Positions 28,995 through 45,934 of a stretch of 64,000 bases of DNA are shown here, piece by piece (the stretch's first letter is position 1; every line of letters begins with the position of its first letter). The position numbers and the translations under genes are program-made. This DNA is from Eledone cirrhosa (lineage: Eukaryota). Under the pieces are notes generated by a model. That model was not told where the DNA came from. It worked only from the letters and a program-made list of their open reading frames with translations, and did no database searches. The stretch lies in assembly GCA_964016885.1 (NCBI GenBank), contig OZ024740.1, positions 131,750,001-131,814,000 of the forward strand, given 5' to 3'.

Positions 28995-29898
28995 ACTTCC
29001 TTATATGGGAATGATTGTAGTTGCCAAGAGGATTGGTCAAAATGTGTAGCAGACACAGAAATGTCTGTCATGGCAGTGGATGCGGGGTGGGGGTAGCTTA
29101 TCTTTCCTGTAGAACAATAGGGGAGTGGGTAGAGCCGGTGAAGTGTAGAAGGTGAGATCTATACGGCAAATTCTAAGGAATGTGTATGAAAGTAGGCCAG
29201 TGGAGGTTGGCTAAAAAAGTTTTCTTTAGAAAGTGAAAGAGTGACGTAAGAGATATAGTCAATCAAATGGGATTAGGGGACAATGAACAAATATAATAAA
29301 AGAGAATATATTAAAAAAATGAGAGAAAGATGTATCCGAATGTAAAATTGGAATGTGAGAAGTGAAATAATACAAAATCTGAGAAGTCTAAATTTCTGAC
29401 AAAGCTATAGAATAAGTTGCGAGATGAGAATTATTGAAAATTTAGAATTAAAAATGAATACCACATCTGTGGAGTCTAACACAGCTGCTATGAATAGTTA
29501 GTATAGCGTAATCGGCGAACGTTATCTGTAAGTTACTGGGGTGGGGGTACTGAGGCTAAAGAAGCCCGTTGGGCTGCCTCGGCGTAGGCGAAAGGGAAAA
29601 AAAACAAAGAAACAAACGAGGAAGAAATTCGGTGGTGGAAAGAAGTGAGAAGAGGAGATAAAGGGAAGGAGAAAACATAGAGGAAAAGGAAAAAGGTACA
29701 TCTACCTATATAAATAGGGGTTTGCCCTATCTCTATTCGGCAAGTGTCTGCTACAAATCTTGACCATCCTCTTGACAACTACAATCTTCCCATTTAAGGA
29801 AAAGTTCGGCTATTTATTTACCAGACATAAACGCTTCCTTTAGTCCAGAAATAGCCGTCGAAGCGGCTTAAGATCTGCCGTCGGTGTCATACTTTCTC

Positions 29899-29942
<44 letters not shown>

Positions 29943-29994
29943 ATGTGTGTGTTTGTGTACACGCGTGTGTTTGTGTGTGTGTGTGTGTGTGTTT

Positions 29995-31040
29995 TGCAAG
30001 CTTTCTGATATGAAATCGTGCGTCGAAACAAATATTATTATACTTGGGGATGATCATATTGTTGTAATAATATTGCCAGAAATAATAACAGAACACATTC
30101 ACTGTTTGGTTTGTTTTCGCTTCTGCATCTGTATCTTTTATATCTCCACAGTTAATTCATTATGTCCTCAATGTTTACGATTGATTGACCAACGGTCACA
30201 AATACAGATATAATATAGATATAAACACATAGATATAGTCTAACACACTTCTTTCGTTGCACATCTGCAATATCAACAGTGGTACTATTGCGTCCCTCCT
30301 GTTGTATTGTATATCTACGCCATTTTTATCTTATCTGTTTATTTATTTATTTATTTTAGTCTTTTTTTATGCACAAGCGTTTGCGTGTGCACATAGTGTT
30401 TGGTGTGTGTTCACGTTTGGGTGACTGTGTTTTGTTTATTGTATTCTATCTTAGTTTACTAGTGTGTGTTTATGTGCGTTTGTTGTTATTGTGCCTGTGT
30501 GTATATTTATTTATTTATTTATATTCTCTTAAGTCAGTGTTGTTTGTTTGCATTCAGTGTTGTTTGTTTGTTATTGCATTCATTTCTTTCTGTTTTGCTT
30601 TGGTCTCTTCTAAGTTCTATTTCACTGGCCACTCTGATTTGCCTATCTGCTGTGTCATTTCTATGTTTAGATATTATTTAAATTTCTATGTTGACTATGT
30701 TACCGTCATGTTGTTGTCTGGAGTGTTCGTATAGTACTGAACCGTTTTTTTCGTCCTTTTAGTTCCCCCAGTGTTGGTCTATCATTTCTCCTATGCTACG
30801 AGCTGGCTTGCTTATGTATGTTATTGTGATGTTTCTGCAGGTACCCTCTATACATCTTATGCTATGGACTACGTTTCTAGTTTTACAGTTTTTCCGAGGG
30901 TTTACCTTACATATAACACATTTCCTATTAGTACGGTGGGTTTTCTTAAAAGGGTATCTGTTGCTGATCAGGGATTTTGTGGTAGTTCCTGGCTTTTCCA
31001 TCTCTTTAATCTTTAAGTGGGTCTTTCTCAGGGCCTTTTC
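29995..31040 (-). mobile_element. 3' fragment of a PLE related to 3137-6403 (endonuclease remnant plus pLTR)
   Basis: ORF 30759-31073 reads CVICKV..NCKTRNVVHSIRCIEGTC..YISKPARSIGE. Decayed HHR near 30240-30285. Confidence 0.85.
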
Positions 31041-31984
31041 TGAAATATAACTATGGGAATTTTGGTAAAACAAACTTTTAAAAATATGAAGTGGGTTTCG
31101 CTACAGTATCTATCGAGGCACAACAATAAGCACGTTTCTAATTTGTCTTGCCTCCGATTGGAGGTATGTATATGCGTGATAAAAAGGTTTATTTAGTTTT
31201 ATGAGAATGTATTTGTAACAGTACACGCATTGATAGGTATGTTGATATCTATAAAATCACATGTTGTACCTGACAGTTTCGTTATATATGAAATCAAATG
31301 TGTGTGTATTTTTCAGTGCTTCACTCCCCTTACCCACATGGATATCTTGAGAATTTGTCACACGGACTGTTCATATTCTTCATCACTCACAGTTTTAACA
31401 GCAGAACCTCATCCAGGCAATCAGAGCTGATCTGATGTTACCCTTAACAAAAAAGGTAATCATCATATCAACGTGCATTAAATGATTCTGAGGCGAAAAT
31501 ATTGGCATCCACCACCCATAAAGAAGTAAAACAAACACCAAGATATTCCGGATGTAACCAAAAGATTACATTCAGAATAAATAATTCGGTTAAAATCAGA
31601 GTGGCATACATAATTTCGTCTGGAAATTAATGTGACTGTCAACATCTACAAAACATAATTAGGGTTGAGTAAATAGCTTCAAATTCGACGTGTAGAATAT
31701 AGGAAAAGTACAATTGAATAAGGGAATGAATAAAAATAATGTATGAGGCAATTTGGCACTTAAAAGCAAAGAAGATGTGTTATAATTACTGTCCATATAC
31801 ATCGTAATTTTTCATCTATCTAAATATTTCATCGCAACCTCTATTAATTATCAAGGTTACAGTATATCGGTTGAACATCAATTATCTATGTACATATAGT
31901 TATAGGCATACATTCATATATATATATATATATATTTGTTTCTATATATATGTGGGTGTGTGTGTGTATATATATATATATATA

Positions 31985-33954
<1,970 letters not shown>

Positions 33955-34091
33955 TATATTTGGAAACGCAAACTTAAAGAAATATTTACCTATTTACTTA
34001 GCGTCGTCACACACCACGTCACGCTGAATCTCCCTGAGAATATGCAAGTACACGTGTGTCTATGGAATGAATACATATGTGTGTGTTTATC

Positions 34092-34180
<89 letters not shown>

Positions 34181-34181
34181 C

Positions 34182-34213
<32 letters not shown>

Positions 34214-34236
34214 GCTTCATATATATATAGCTTCAT

Positions 34237-36135
34237 ACGGAAATAATTACATAGGAAATACAAAAAAACTAATGAGGCAGCACTGATAAACATCAACAAC
34301 GAGGCACACAATATAGTCAAATACCTAGGAATAGACGACAGAACGGAGCTACGTAGGCCATGTACCCCCACATTTAAACTCAAGGACCACAAATTAAACG
34401 TTGATTATAACCCCACAATTAGACTTATATGCCCGTCCAAATCGGACATCGGGAAAATTAGTAAACATATATGAGACAGAGTGATAGCACAAATGAAGAA
34501 TACATTAGTGATTAAACTATGGGGTAACGCAACCGAAACAATTAAGTGGTTTAACAATATAGCTAACAAAAAAGTATCTAAATATATACAATTTGACATT
34601 AATGACTATTACTGCTCTATATCCCCCAACACCTTGGATAAAGCCTTAGCAATCGCTAAAGCCAATTTTGACCTAACAGACGACGAGATAAAAATCATAT
34701 TAGCTGCTAGGAAAACAATAATAAATTTGAAAACGCCTATTGGGAATGTAAGTACAGATTAAATAACTTTGACATCACGATGGCGGCTAACGACTCGGCT
34801 CAAGACACAGATTTAGGATCTTCCGCCTCTCGTCTAACCGACAAATCTTCGAGGAACATGCAGAATACTACAATACCGCACTAGACAAGGCAGCCCACTT
34901 AGATAGAGTAGAATATATAGATGAAAGCCTCCGCAAAGCCCACACGAACACGCATAACACACGTACACACGCATTTACGCACGCACAGACGCATTTACGC
35001 ATAGAACTACAAAGTATACGTAAATAGAAATACAACATCGAAATCAAACAAGTCACGTAGTAGAAAATATATTTGGTATAACCCCATATTTAACACCTCT
35101 ATTAGTACTAACCTACTCTCTACCTTCTTTAAAATAATAAATAAGCACTTTCCAGATTCACATAGATACAGCAAAATCCTTAAAACTAAATCTATTAGAC
35201 TATCTTACTCCACGGCACCAAATATAGAGGCACACATTAAGATGCTTAACGCTAAAACGATACATAACAACACCAGAACACAAATGTATAACAATAACAA
35301 TACAATCACCATTGAACACAACATAATATATAATACACAACCACCCACTAATAGGCAAACAAAACGTAACACACTTGTTCAGGCATCGCAGCCCACCAAT
35401 AATGCCAAAGTTGCCCTTGACAAGAATTGTAACTGCCACCTACAAGAAACCTCTCCATTACATAATGAATGTAAGCAGTCTAACCTGGTTTACCAATGCA
35501 CAGTGGAATCAGACAACCAGAAATGTTATTACATCGGAGCGACTGGGAATACATTTAAAGCCCGTTGGTATACACACCGTTACGCAATGAAACATTCCCA
35601 GCATCGTATGTAACTACCCTTGCAAACAAGACCTGGCAACTGAGGGAAAGAAACCATCAATACACCCTGAAGTGGAAAAAATTATCGAACGCCCCCCCCC
35701 CCCCCCATATCAGAGTGGTATGAGAAGATGTCGATTATGTGACCTTGAGCTGTTCCACATTTTGAGTTCGAAGAATAACTTAACAATAAAATCAAAGATC
35801 AATTTATTGTAACCATAGACTCAAAGAAAAGTTTTCGCACTACAAGTGCAAATCGAACACTTAACCTCTTACTACCAACTGACCAACTGCATATACTTAG
35901 ACTTTATACCCTCTTATTGTATCTAACCCCTTTAATAACCCACAAAAAACAATACCTATATCCCGCCCCCTCCTTCATCCCTCTACTATTTCTTTGTGTT
36001 CTTCCCTTTTCCCTCCTCATTTTGGCTATCTTTTCTTTTCTTCTTTCTCCCCCTTCTTTGCTTTTATTTTTGTCATTATTATCTTTATCTTTATTTTTTA
36101 TATATATATATTTATCTCTTTATATATCACCCCCC

Positions 36136-36200
<65 letters not shown>

Positions 36201-36767
36201 AACCCTCCCACTATGATCAATGTAATTCTCTTTAACTCACTACAACCGACGACATGAAGTCTACGTTTCAAAACTGAACAAGGAATCCTTCCACCTCTAC
36301 CCCTCCCTCCATCACAGTTTGTCAATCTACTTCCTAACTCTTCTCTCCCCCCCTCTCTTTCTATATATATACTATTCCGTTTGTCTCCTCACCTTTTAAT
36401 TCCTCTTCCTCTCTCTCTATACTAGTAAATACAATTCCCAAAAAATGTTTTTCTCCATATATTAAGAACTATTTCAAAATAACTTACTCACTATTTTGAA
36501 AATTTGGACGTGAACAACAATTATAATTGAGTGGCTGCTATTTGCAATATAATGTTGCACTTACCGATGAAACGGTCGTAAATACCTGGATAAAATCCTT
36601 CTCTTAATGCTTACCTGTGTTTTCTCTTTTTTACTTTATACTCCAAGATTGAACGGAATTCTTACAAACTTGTGGAGTTACCCCTAACCGTACGTTGAAA
36701 CGGTCCATGAAATTGGCTTTCTTAACCACGAACTGGATCACAATAAGCAATTTTCTGCTTCCCTAAC

Positions 36768-36768
<1 letters not shown>
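34237..36768 (+). mobile_element. decayed, 5'-truncated Penelope-like element
   Basis: LKDHK..NPTIRLICPSKSDIGKISK; IQFDINDYYCSIS; NFDITM; IWYNP; NCNCH..NECKQSNLVYQCTV..YYIGATGNTFKARWYTH. Followed by a pyrimidine-rich 3' UTR. Confidence 0.88.
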
Positions 36769-36817
<49 letters not shown>

Positions 36818-36829
36818 TGCATGTATTTA

Positions 36830-36898
<69 letters not shown>

Positions 36899-37291
36899 AT
36901 GTGTGTGTGCGTGCGCGTATCTGTGTCTGTGTATATGTGTGTATGTGTGTATGTGTGCGCACGAGTCTGTGTGTGATATGTAGAGTGGTGTGTATGTGAG
37001 AAAGTAGGAGGCATTTTACCACCGCTTCCAAACCAATAACAACATCACACCTGTCTCAAAAAGAATTTAAACACTCACTAACTTTGTATTCTATTTTGAT
37101 TTTTAGCTTATTCTTCCCCAATGTCCATTTAGGTAAATGGAACCAATACAACGCCTCCATCACACTCAACATCTCCAAATACCATGCTCAATTAATCATC
37201 TTGATTTTTGTTAGTTTTCCTTCTCTTTTCATCAAAAGACATTGTTTTACACTTTATTAATCACTTACCCAGTCACACACCCAAATTAATG

Positions 37292-37357
<66 letters not shown>

Positions 37358-38213
37358 CAATCTTGGCCCTAGGCCCACCTCCTTACACACCACCAACAAC
37401 ATGCAGTTGGCTACCCGCAGGTTTGCGCCAGATGAGCTGGAATGTCTCTTCCAACAAGTAAACCATTGCAAAGACTTTTATATTCTTCCGCATGGGCTAC
37501 GGGGCTGCCAGCGCGTGAGCCCCCGTTTGCTTCTAATAGTATGAGATGAGGAGAATGTGAGAGACGGAGGCATTGACAATGGGAATTTGATTCCATTATG
37601 TTCGGACCTAAAATATATATATATTCATTTACCTCATGACATCTATATGGGAATATACACCAACACAAATTTAAATAATTGATTTATATTACCTTATATT
37701 TTGACTTTTGTCGTATTGCTTTATCAAAGGCCACTTAGGGAGATCTCATCTGTATGAGGGAATGTTTACAACCCCTTCCAAACGAATAACAGAGTAGTAA
37801 TATCTCAACAAAAATGTGATTATACACTCTTTGCCTTTGTTTTATAATTTTGTTTTAATTTTATTTCTTCATTAAAGTCCATTTAGGTAAAACATACCAT
37901 CACAGCATTTCCCTCCCTCAAAGCACCTCGTAATACCACTCTCACTCAATCATCTTTATTTTCTTATTTGCTTTTATTTTATTTTCATCAAAAGATGGCA
38001 GGTACTTTACACCTCATTAACACTTCCCAAATCACACCCAAATTCTGTATATATACACCAACAAAAAATTACATTAGAAACGTTTTCCACCTGGTTCACT
38101 GGAGCGTCTGCTCTTTCATTACTTGTCGAATAGACGCGTTCCGGTGGTCAGCCGATCTATCTGCTTTCAAAATCTTTCCTTATACTTTCATTTGGTAAAG
38201 AAAAACTGACTTT

Positions 38214-38290
<77 letters not shown>

Positions 38291-39050
38291 AGGTATGTGT
38301 GTGTGTGTATGAGTGTGTGTAATTATGTGCTTGTGTGTAACTCGTGCCTGTGTGTGTTCGTATCTATGAGCAAAAAATGACGAGAAATGTACTCGATATG
38401 CGTAATAGTAGAATGTATTCATATAGCAGCAATGATTTATTGTGAATATACTCTGATTTTCACACGTCTCGATGTACAGTTTCAGAGACAGCGAAATACT
38501 GACTTGTTCTATGTTTGCACAATCCCACATATACATAATTTCACGAGTGATATTGCATGTTTGTTTTCATAAGTGACGTTTGCATTACATTGTTTTTGTA
38601 GATTGCCAATTATTAATGACTATCAAGTTATTCGGAATATATATTTCTATACATATTAAAGATCGAAACTACTGTTTAAGCCTCGTTACTGTTTTAATAT
38701 ATAATTTTCACTAGATTGTATGTATATTAATATTCGACCATGGACAATTCTCTTTCATAGCCTTCTGTATGGACTATAACGGTCATGCTTTTGAGAACGA
38801 GGATTAAAAATGTTGGTTTATTAAGATTTATGAGAAAATGTTTATTAAGATTTATGCCCATACCATATCTCTAGAAATACAGAAAACATGAAATCTACTT
38901 TCAACCGTATATGGCTTTAGTGTAAAAAGAAAATGAATAATAAGCAATAAAAGTTACTTTCCATTCATAAACATGAAAGACAATAAATTACATCGCAGAA
39001 ATACTAATTTTGTGTAAAAAAATATTACAGCAGATTTCAGCTTATTTCAT

Positions 39051-39266
39051 CTAATTTTCGGCAGAAATCGATGACAGAAGCCATGGTATATCTATATTTA
39101 TTAGCTCATTTTTGCAGTCACTCTCAAAATCAGCTGTGGTATTAAGGAATACAATATGGTCAAAAAAGGAAACATAAAAGATAGAAACACAAAAGAGAAT
39201 TGGAATTCTACCTGCAAATAAACTAAGAAATACATTATATCCTGCAGAAGATATCCATGCTTGGAT
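39051..39266 (-). CDS. candidate last two exons of an unidentified host gene or pseudogene (39212-39266 and 39051-39133)
   Basis: ttgttccag|ATC...GCAG|gtagaa, then a 78-nt pyrimidine-rich intron, then cacag|CTG...TAG. Phases are compatible. Peptide IQAWISSAGYNVFLSLFA-ADFESDCKNELINIDIPWLLSSISAEN*. Confidence 0.4.
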   Translation of the reverse strand: MQAWISSAGYNVFLSLFAGRIPILFCVSIFYVSFFDHIVFLNTTADFESDCKNELINIDIPWLLSSISAEN

Positions 39267-39787
39267 CTGGAACAATATAAACATTTATTTAAGCAAAGAT
39301 GTCACAAAACCACCAAACAATATTTGTAAGTTTAAAGTGGTAAGGAAAAGCGATTTCAAACGATCGGTGAGAAACAAGCTCAATAAATGGGAATATCTAT
39401 ATAATAATACATGTGTACGAAATAAAGAATATTGTATTTTAAATTTGAAATAGACGTGGTACACATATAGATTATGTGAACATTATTACTCCCGGATTAT
39501 AACTTTCCCGGTTTTAAAGATCGGCACAGCATTCTGATATATTTATGTTTGGTCACAGTTTCTCAGTCTCAGATAATTCCCTTTATCTCGCATAAAGGTA
39601 TTTCAGTTGAGTGAAGGAATAATATACCAATGGCCTAGGTCCCCTACATAGGAAAATGAGGCTTTCAGTGGCAGAACACATTGGATATTCCTTATTTTGA
39701 AACGCAGACTAAAAGCTAACTTTAAATGAGATTTGAGGGATTATGTATCTCCGGGAAAATGGCTTTCCTTTATATATCCCTGTTCAT

Positions 39788-39791
<4 letters not shown>

Positions 39792-39882
<91 letters not shown>

Positions 39883-39902
39883 TCTCTCTCCCTATATGTC
39901 TA

Positions 39903-39992
<90 letters not shown>
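39792..39992. repeat. (CT)n microsatellite
   Basis: Directly visible. Confidence 0.98.
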
Positions 39993-39995
<3 letters not shown>

Positions 39996-42439
39996 TCATT
40001 AAAAAGCAATTTCAGGAAAGTCAAAATAAATTTTTATAACATAGTTACTATATGTAGTTAAGATTGATTTTAATTACAAATATCTCAATGCCCATGCAAA
40101 AAGCTTATTCAAATATATTGGAATCGAAGTGATTCTAATGTTGTGATTGCCGTCCGTTTTCATCCAAAAATGATACAAAAGCTAAACAAAAAATAACGTC
40201 AGATATAATCTCAAAAGGCGATAGGTTCCAAGAAACGCAATGAGATTCAATTGCTATAATTGTCTTTCCTGCAAAATGCAGTAATTTGGAAACAATTGTG
40301 GCCATTGCATTAGGTAAACTGAATTAAATGGAGGGGTTCATTCCTGTAGCTTGTATTATGTTGCAAAATGTTACCCAGCCATTTATTTCCCCCAAGGACA
40401 GATATCTACGATTGTTTTATAGCTTTAATAAAAAGAAACCAAATTACCAATTCAGGAGTATTAATCTCAATAAGATGTCATACGAGGAGGAAATTGAAGG
40501 TGTGAAATTCTGTGAGCTGAATTTTACTTATTCAATAACAAACCTCTGTCTGCTGATATATGTTCAAAGTCTATCAAACTATTTGATATATGTTGATTAA
40601 GGTTATTATTTGGGGTGAGGTCCGAATCATTTAAGTACCTGAAAAAGTGCACTACTGCATTGATTTCACTGGATGACATTTGCATATATAATTGATGAAA
40701 TATAGTACCAGTCAATTTCTAGGGTATATTTAATAAACAATACTCTTCCCATGAAATTGCGGATTCTGTAGAAAGAAGAAAGGCGAATCCTCGACAGTAT
40801 TTGAACATAAGGAACTAGAACAGTTGATCTATGACGCTTTCTTTCTGCAACATTATGATATAGATGTGTTCTGTCACTGGGACAACTTTTGCGTTCTAAA
40901 ATGACTGTTGGGTTATGGAATTGTGTAACAAGTTAGACATACAACCCCTCTTTTATTTACGACTAACCTCTACCCGAAATTTTTATTTACGCTAATGAAT
41001 GGTGAATGTTTGTATGTCACGATGGCTTATGTGCCGATTTCAACGATTCCGTTTCATTAAGGTGTGTTAAATACTTGTCTTATGATTATTTATAATGTTA
41101 GAAATGCACATAATCTAAATATCAGACCTCCATAACTGTAAACGTCTATGTCAATTAAAGGTACTTAGATTTGCGAAATTACTTATTCATTTTCAACTAA
41201 CCTGGACCCATGCATATTCTTCGTATGATTTACACTTCACCAGAACACCGCGTTGTGATCAACATATTTATTAGGCTCCAAATTTCAAACTTCGACCAGT
41301 GATGCGATCGGCAATATAATTTTGAAATATTAGCTGTAAGTATAAAGAGAAACGGAAAGTATCTAATACATATCTACTACAAAACTGTATATAGTAACGC
41401 ACGATGTATTAAAATGGTGTATCATAGTTAAAAAATTTATGAAAAACTTTATAGAAATAGAAATCAAACGTGAAAAGTTCGATTTCAATAATAATAATAA
41501 TAATAATAGTAATCAAAATAATAACAACGACAAATAATAGAAATAATAAAATGATAATTTATTTATTGGTCACAATGACCAATACATAGGGGACAATAGA
41601 ATGGACAGCGATAGTGGGGTTTCACTGAAAAATCAAGTAAAGAAATATCAAAAACAATAAATAATATAATTATATAAATACAAATTCCCAAAATCAGGAA
41701 ACCAACCAATCATGAACCAAACGACGCTCCCAAAGAAACCGTGGAAGGCGCCCATCTCCTCTGCAATTCACTCAGCCTACAGGTGCCCTATCTGAGGGGA
41801 CCAATTCAAAAAGGTCATCCACGAAACATCCACTTGACTTTTAGCAAAGATACTGGTTGCTCATGTTGATAGGGGAAGTGATGGTGGTGGTGCTGTTGAC
41901 GTTGGTGCAGATGTTGGCAATATGTTTTAACATTTTTCTCTTTTTATTAGCGGGTAAAGTCAGACATCTTTCTCTTTTTGTTCTTATGGAAAATAATAAC
42001 CTCCAAATGTGTGACGCCGGTTATGAGCAAGTTTTCAACCTGCTTTGGTGTTGATATTGGTGATGGTGCTGTTTCTTCAGGCTCTGTCGTGTTGGTTGCT
42101 GCCGCTGTTGTTCATGCGTCTTTTGTTTGGTATCGTTGTTGATATTTATACTGTTGTGTCTGCTGTGGGATTGGTGTTGATAATAGTACAGGATTGCCTT
42201 TTTGTATTCCCTGTTTAAGACATAAGGCCCTTAGGTTGTTGCGGAAAACCGAGAACCAGTGAGGAAATATGGGAAGTAACAGCTAGCTCGCTAGTGGGGC
42301 AAATCACCTGGATTAGACGGTCTGCTCTACGAGCTTTACAAAAATATGCCAGATATGTTCGGTGACATCCTAGCGGACGTCTACCTAAACTGGCAGCAGA
42401 GGGGAGAATTCCTAGTTCTATGTATCGACCGCTGCTGAA

Positions 42440-43800
42440 AATGGACGTAAATATAGGGGACCATGTAGACACATTTAGACCCATAACTCTCCTAAACGGA
42501 GAATTAAAAAATGTTGGCCATGATGTTAGCATTGAAGTTGATGCTTGACGTCGGTGGTCGGGTATGAGAGGCTGACACATGCGTCTTTCCTGACAGATCA
42601 TTCGAGCGCAATCTGCACCTCATGCGATACATGATAGAGAGAGTGAATAATTAAGCTGGGACGAGTGAGGTTCTGATAAATGTAGACAAATCAAAGGCGT
42701 TTCATCGGTCGACCATCATTACCTCGCGAACGCCTTCAAAACAGCCTGCTTCCGACCCGCTTTCAGGCGGCATTGGATAGCTGCAATTCACAGCGACATC
42801 CGTTCTGTAGTTATAGTAAACGGTCACCTATTGGAATGATTCAACATGAGGCTCTAATTCCTTTGGTATGTATTTATTCTTGAGTCATTACTACGCAAAT
42901 TTGATACTTTAAGGTACATCCCCTCACGAACACGGATAAGGGAGATCCGTGTTAGAATGGTCCGACGGTGTCACAGTAGTGGTGTCGAACACAAAACGCA
43001 TTGAGATGATCGGCAACACACTCAAGTGGTAATAGGAGCAGACATTTAACAGAACAAGTCGGAGGGCTTCCAGCTGGGCACCGGCAGAGGCTTACTCATG
43101 CCGTGCGACAGCGTCGCCGGGCGTTGAACTGCCGGACCGGTTAAATTACTCGGGATCTGGTTTGGAACAGCCTTCAATATGGAGTAAAACAAGGACGTGG
43201 CAACGTGCAAAGTGGCATCTCTCAGCCAGAAATGGACTATGAAGAAGCTATAAATTATATATCGGGCAGAGCTGGTGAACGCATACACCACCTCCGTCAT
43301 CTACTACATCTTGGCCGTCGTACCTTGTTCAAGCGTACGTCTGACTGCACTGAAAGGTCTACTGTTTCGCTTATTGTTAAGGGGTAAGGTTCTATTGGCC
43401 AAGCGTCCCATCTGCTGTCAACAGCTGGTACCTGGAGGATTGGGTAAGCCCTTGCTGATGATGCACAAACATGAACTGAGGCTACGACATCTCCAAGTGT
43501 TCCTTAATAGAACAGGTACGGTGGCCGTTCTCTAGACACCCTTTTCCCACGCTGTTCTTAACGAAAACAGAGAGGGATCGCTTGGAGACTGGAATGTCTT
43601 CAAGCGCTCAGAGCCGTCAGCCACTCGGTCAGTACGATAAGAACGACCAGTAGAACTCAAGTGATATCGTTCTATAGTGGTTTAATTGCAAAACAAAATG
43701 ACGATGTATTTTAGGAGACTAGCCATTTTATTCCTGAAGAGTTTCGCTCCATTGCCGATGGACAACTTCCATATATCCCTGGCTTTTCAGTGTTTCCGAG
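42440..43800 (+). mobile_element. heavily decayed L1/Tx1-type non-LTR retrotransposon RT fragment
   Basis: FRPITLLNGELK; LINVDKSKAF; GPVKLLGIWFG; CCQQLVPGGLGKP. Many frameshifts. Confidence 0.75.
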
Positions 43801-43870
43801 GTTGTTTGCCAGACTCAGATAAAATGATAACAATAATAATAATTAGTATTATTAATATTATTATTATTAT

Positions 43871-44436
43871 TAATCCCGCCGAGGTTATATTTGCCTTTCA
43901 CCGTTACGGGTTCGATAAATAAAGCAACAGTAATGTACATGGGTCGATTTAATCGACCACCCTCCCGCAAACTGCTGATTTTGTGCCTAACGGAGAAACA
44001 ATTATTATTATTGAAGGGGATGGAGAGGTAGTAGGACGCCAGACACCATGCTCTGAAGCATATTTCTTTTGCCGTTTACGTTCTGAGTTCAAATCCTGCT
44101 GTGGTTAATTTTGCTTTTCTTCTTTTCGGGGTCGAGAATATAATGTACCAGTCACGTATGGGTTCAAGTTAATCGACTTTCCCCTACCCCAAAATTACTG
44201 GTCTTGTGCCTATATAAGAAACAATTATATATACAAATAATAAAGGGCGGAGGATTGGCCGTATCAGTAGAGGGTCGGACGCCATGCTTTGATGCAAAGA
44301 GTTACGTCCCTTTACAATCTGAGTTCAAATCCCGCCGAGGTTAACTTTGCCTTTCATCATTACGGGGTCGATAAAATAAAGTACCAGTAATGTACTAGAT
44401 AATTGCTCGCCTTGTGCCAAAATGTAGAAACAATTA
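43871..44436 (+). mobile_element. three head-to-tail SINE copies (43871-44004 truncated, 44013-44226, 44243-44436)
   Basis: Each matches 2173-2362 and ends in GAAACAATTAT. The array starts in an (ATT)n tract. Confidence 0.88.
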
Positions 44437-44708
44437 TATATACAAATAATTAATTTTGCGTGATATATTTCAAGTATAAAACAAGTTTACAATTGGTTAC
44501 GTTACCCAAACGATAGCTAGACAAAAAAAATATTCCAGGAAAGACATTTCAATAATTTTATAATTATTCCTGTTTTTTAATGTCGTTTTCCAACGTCAGT
44601 ATGCTTCAAGTATACTTCTACGTTTTCTATGTACATATATCCATGACCTGTGTATAATGATACACATTTACACACGTAAGTGTATTCAAATATATGCATT
44701 CATGTATT

Positions 44709-44767
<59 letters not shown>

Positions 44768-44799
44768 AGAGAGAGAGAGGGGGGGGGGAGAGAGAGAGA

Positions 44800-45681
44800 G
44801 AATGGAAAACGGATAATCAGTGATGCATCGGAACACAATTTATTGCGTATTACAATTGTTTCCCCGGCGAACAGCTCGAGGTGCGATCTGTGTGATGATC
44901 GACCTGACTCTGGATTCACAGGTTCCTTTGACACGTCTATTGATTTCGGAGCAGATCCTCTTTCTGGGGTTTCTGACCCTATGCCTATATTGTCCACCTT
45001 CATCCTCTTTGCGCGTCCTTGGATTGGTCACTGGTTAGTGATGTTATCATAATGCTAACCACTAGTAGCAGCCCACTGAGCATCAGGGCGTGAGCTGTCA
45101 TGCACCCACTGTCCCGTCGGCAACATTACTGCTGTGTTTGCCAGATCACAGTCCTACCCGCACACGCACACACACATGCACAGAGACACGGATAGATACA
45201 TACATAGTAGCTCAACTCCACGGATACTCAGTCCCGTACCAGACATCAATAAGGCACTCTATCTCACCCACAGTGAGTAACTCCATTATGGCCTGTTCAC
45301 GCACTACATGCATGTGTACCTTTTCAGTAGCATGTGCATATTCTCCACGCATTCGATTATGTAACACCTCATGTATTTCTCCATGTACAAACCAAAGTGT
45401 ATCGTTATATACTTTTCTTATATAATTCCGATATATATATTTTTTATATATATTCTGCATACAGTTTCTATATATGATCCGGGTATACCCTTTACATTAC
45501 TAACATGAACTCCCCATAAGTAGTTTTGCTTGAGGTTTCTATACGAGGATTAATCCATATTGGCAACATAATAACAACTCTGCCAGCATGTACATCAACG
45601 TGTATTTTTTTATGTACAGCCCGATGTCTATCTTTATATGATTTTCTTATATATTTTTTATATATTTTTTATGTGTGTAAA

Positions 45682-45724
<43 letters not shown>

Positions 45725-45786
45725 AAGAGCATATGTATGAGTTTGTGTATGTATATGCACACGTGTAGAAGGAAAAAAAGATGTAA

Positions 45787-45817
<31 letters not shown>

Positions 45818-45891
45818 CATGCTCGTGTGCGGGCGTGTGGGTAGGTGTATATATACATATATATATACAGGTGTGCGTATGTGTGTATCTA

Positions 45892-45934
<43 letters not shown>

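Noticed and set aside
36555-36712. Hammerhead in the 3' end of the 34237-36768 PLE
   Set aside because: CCGATGA-AACG...CGTT-GAAAC-G-GTC is suggestive but stem I does not pair, so it is not called.
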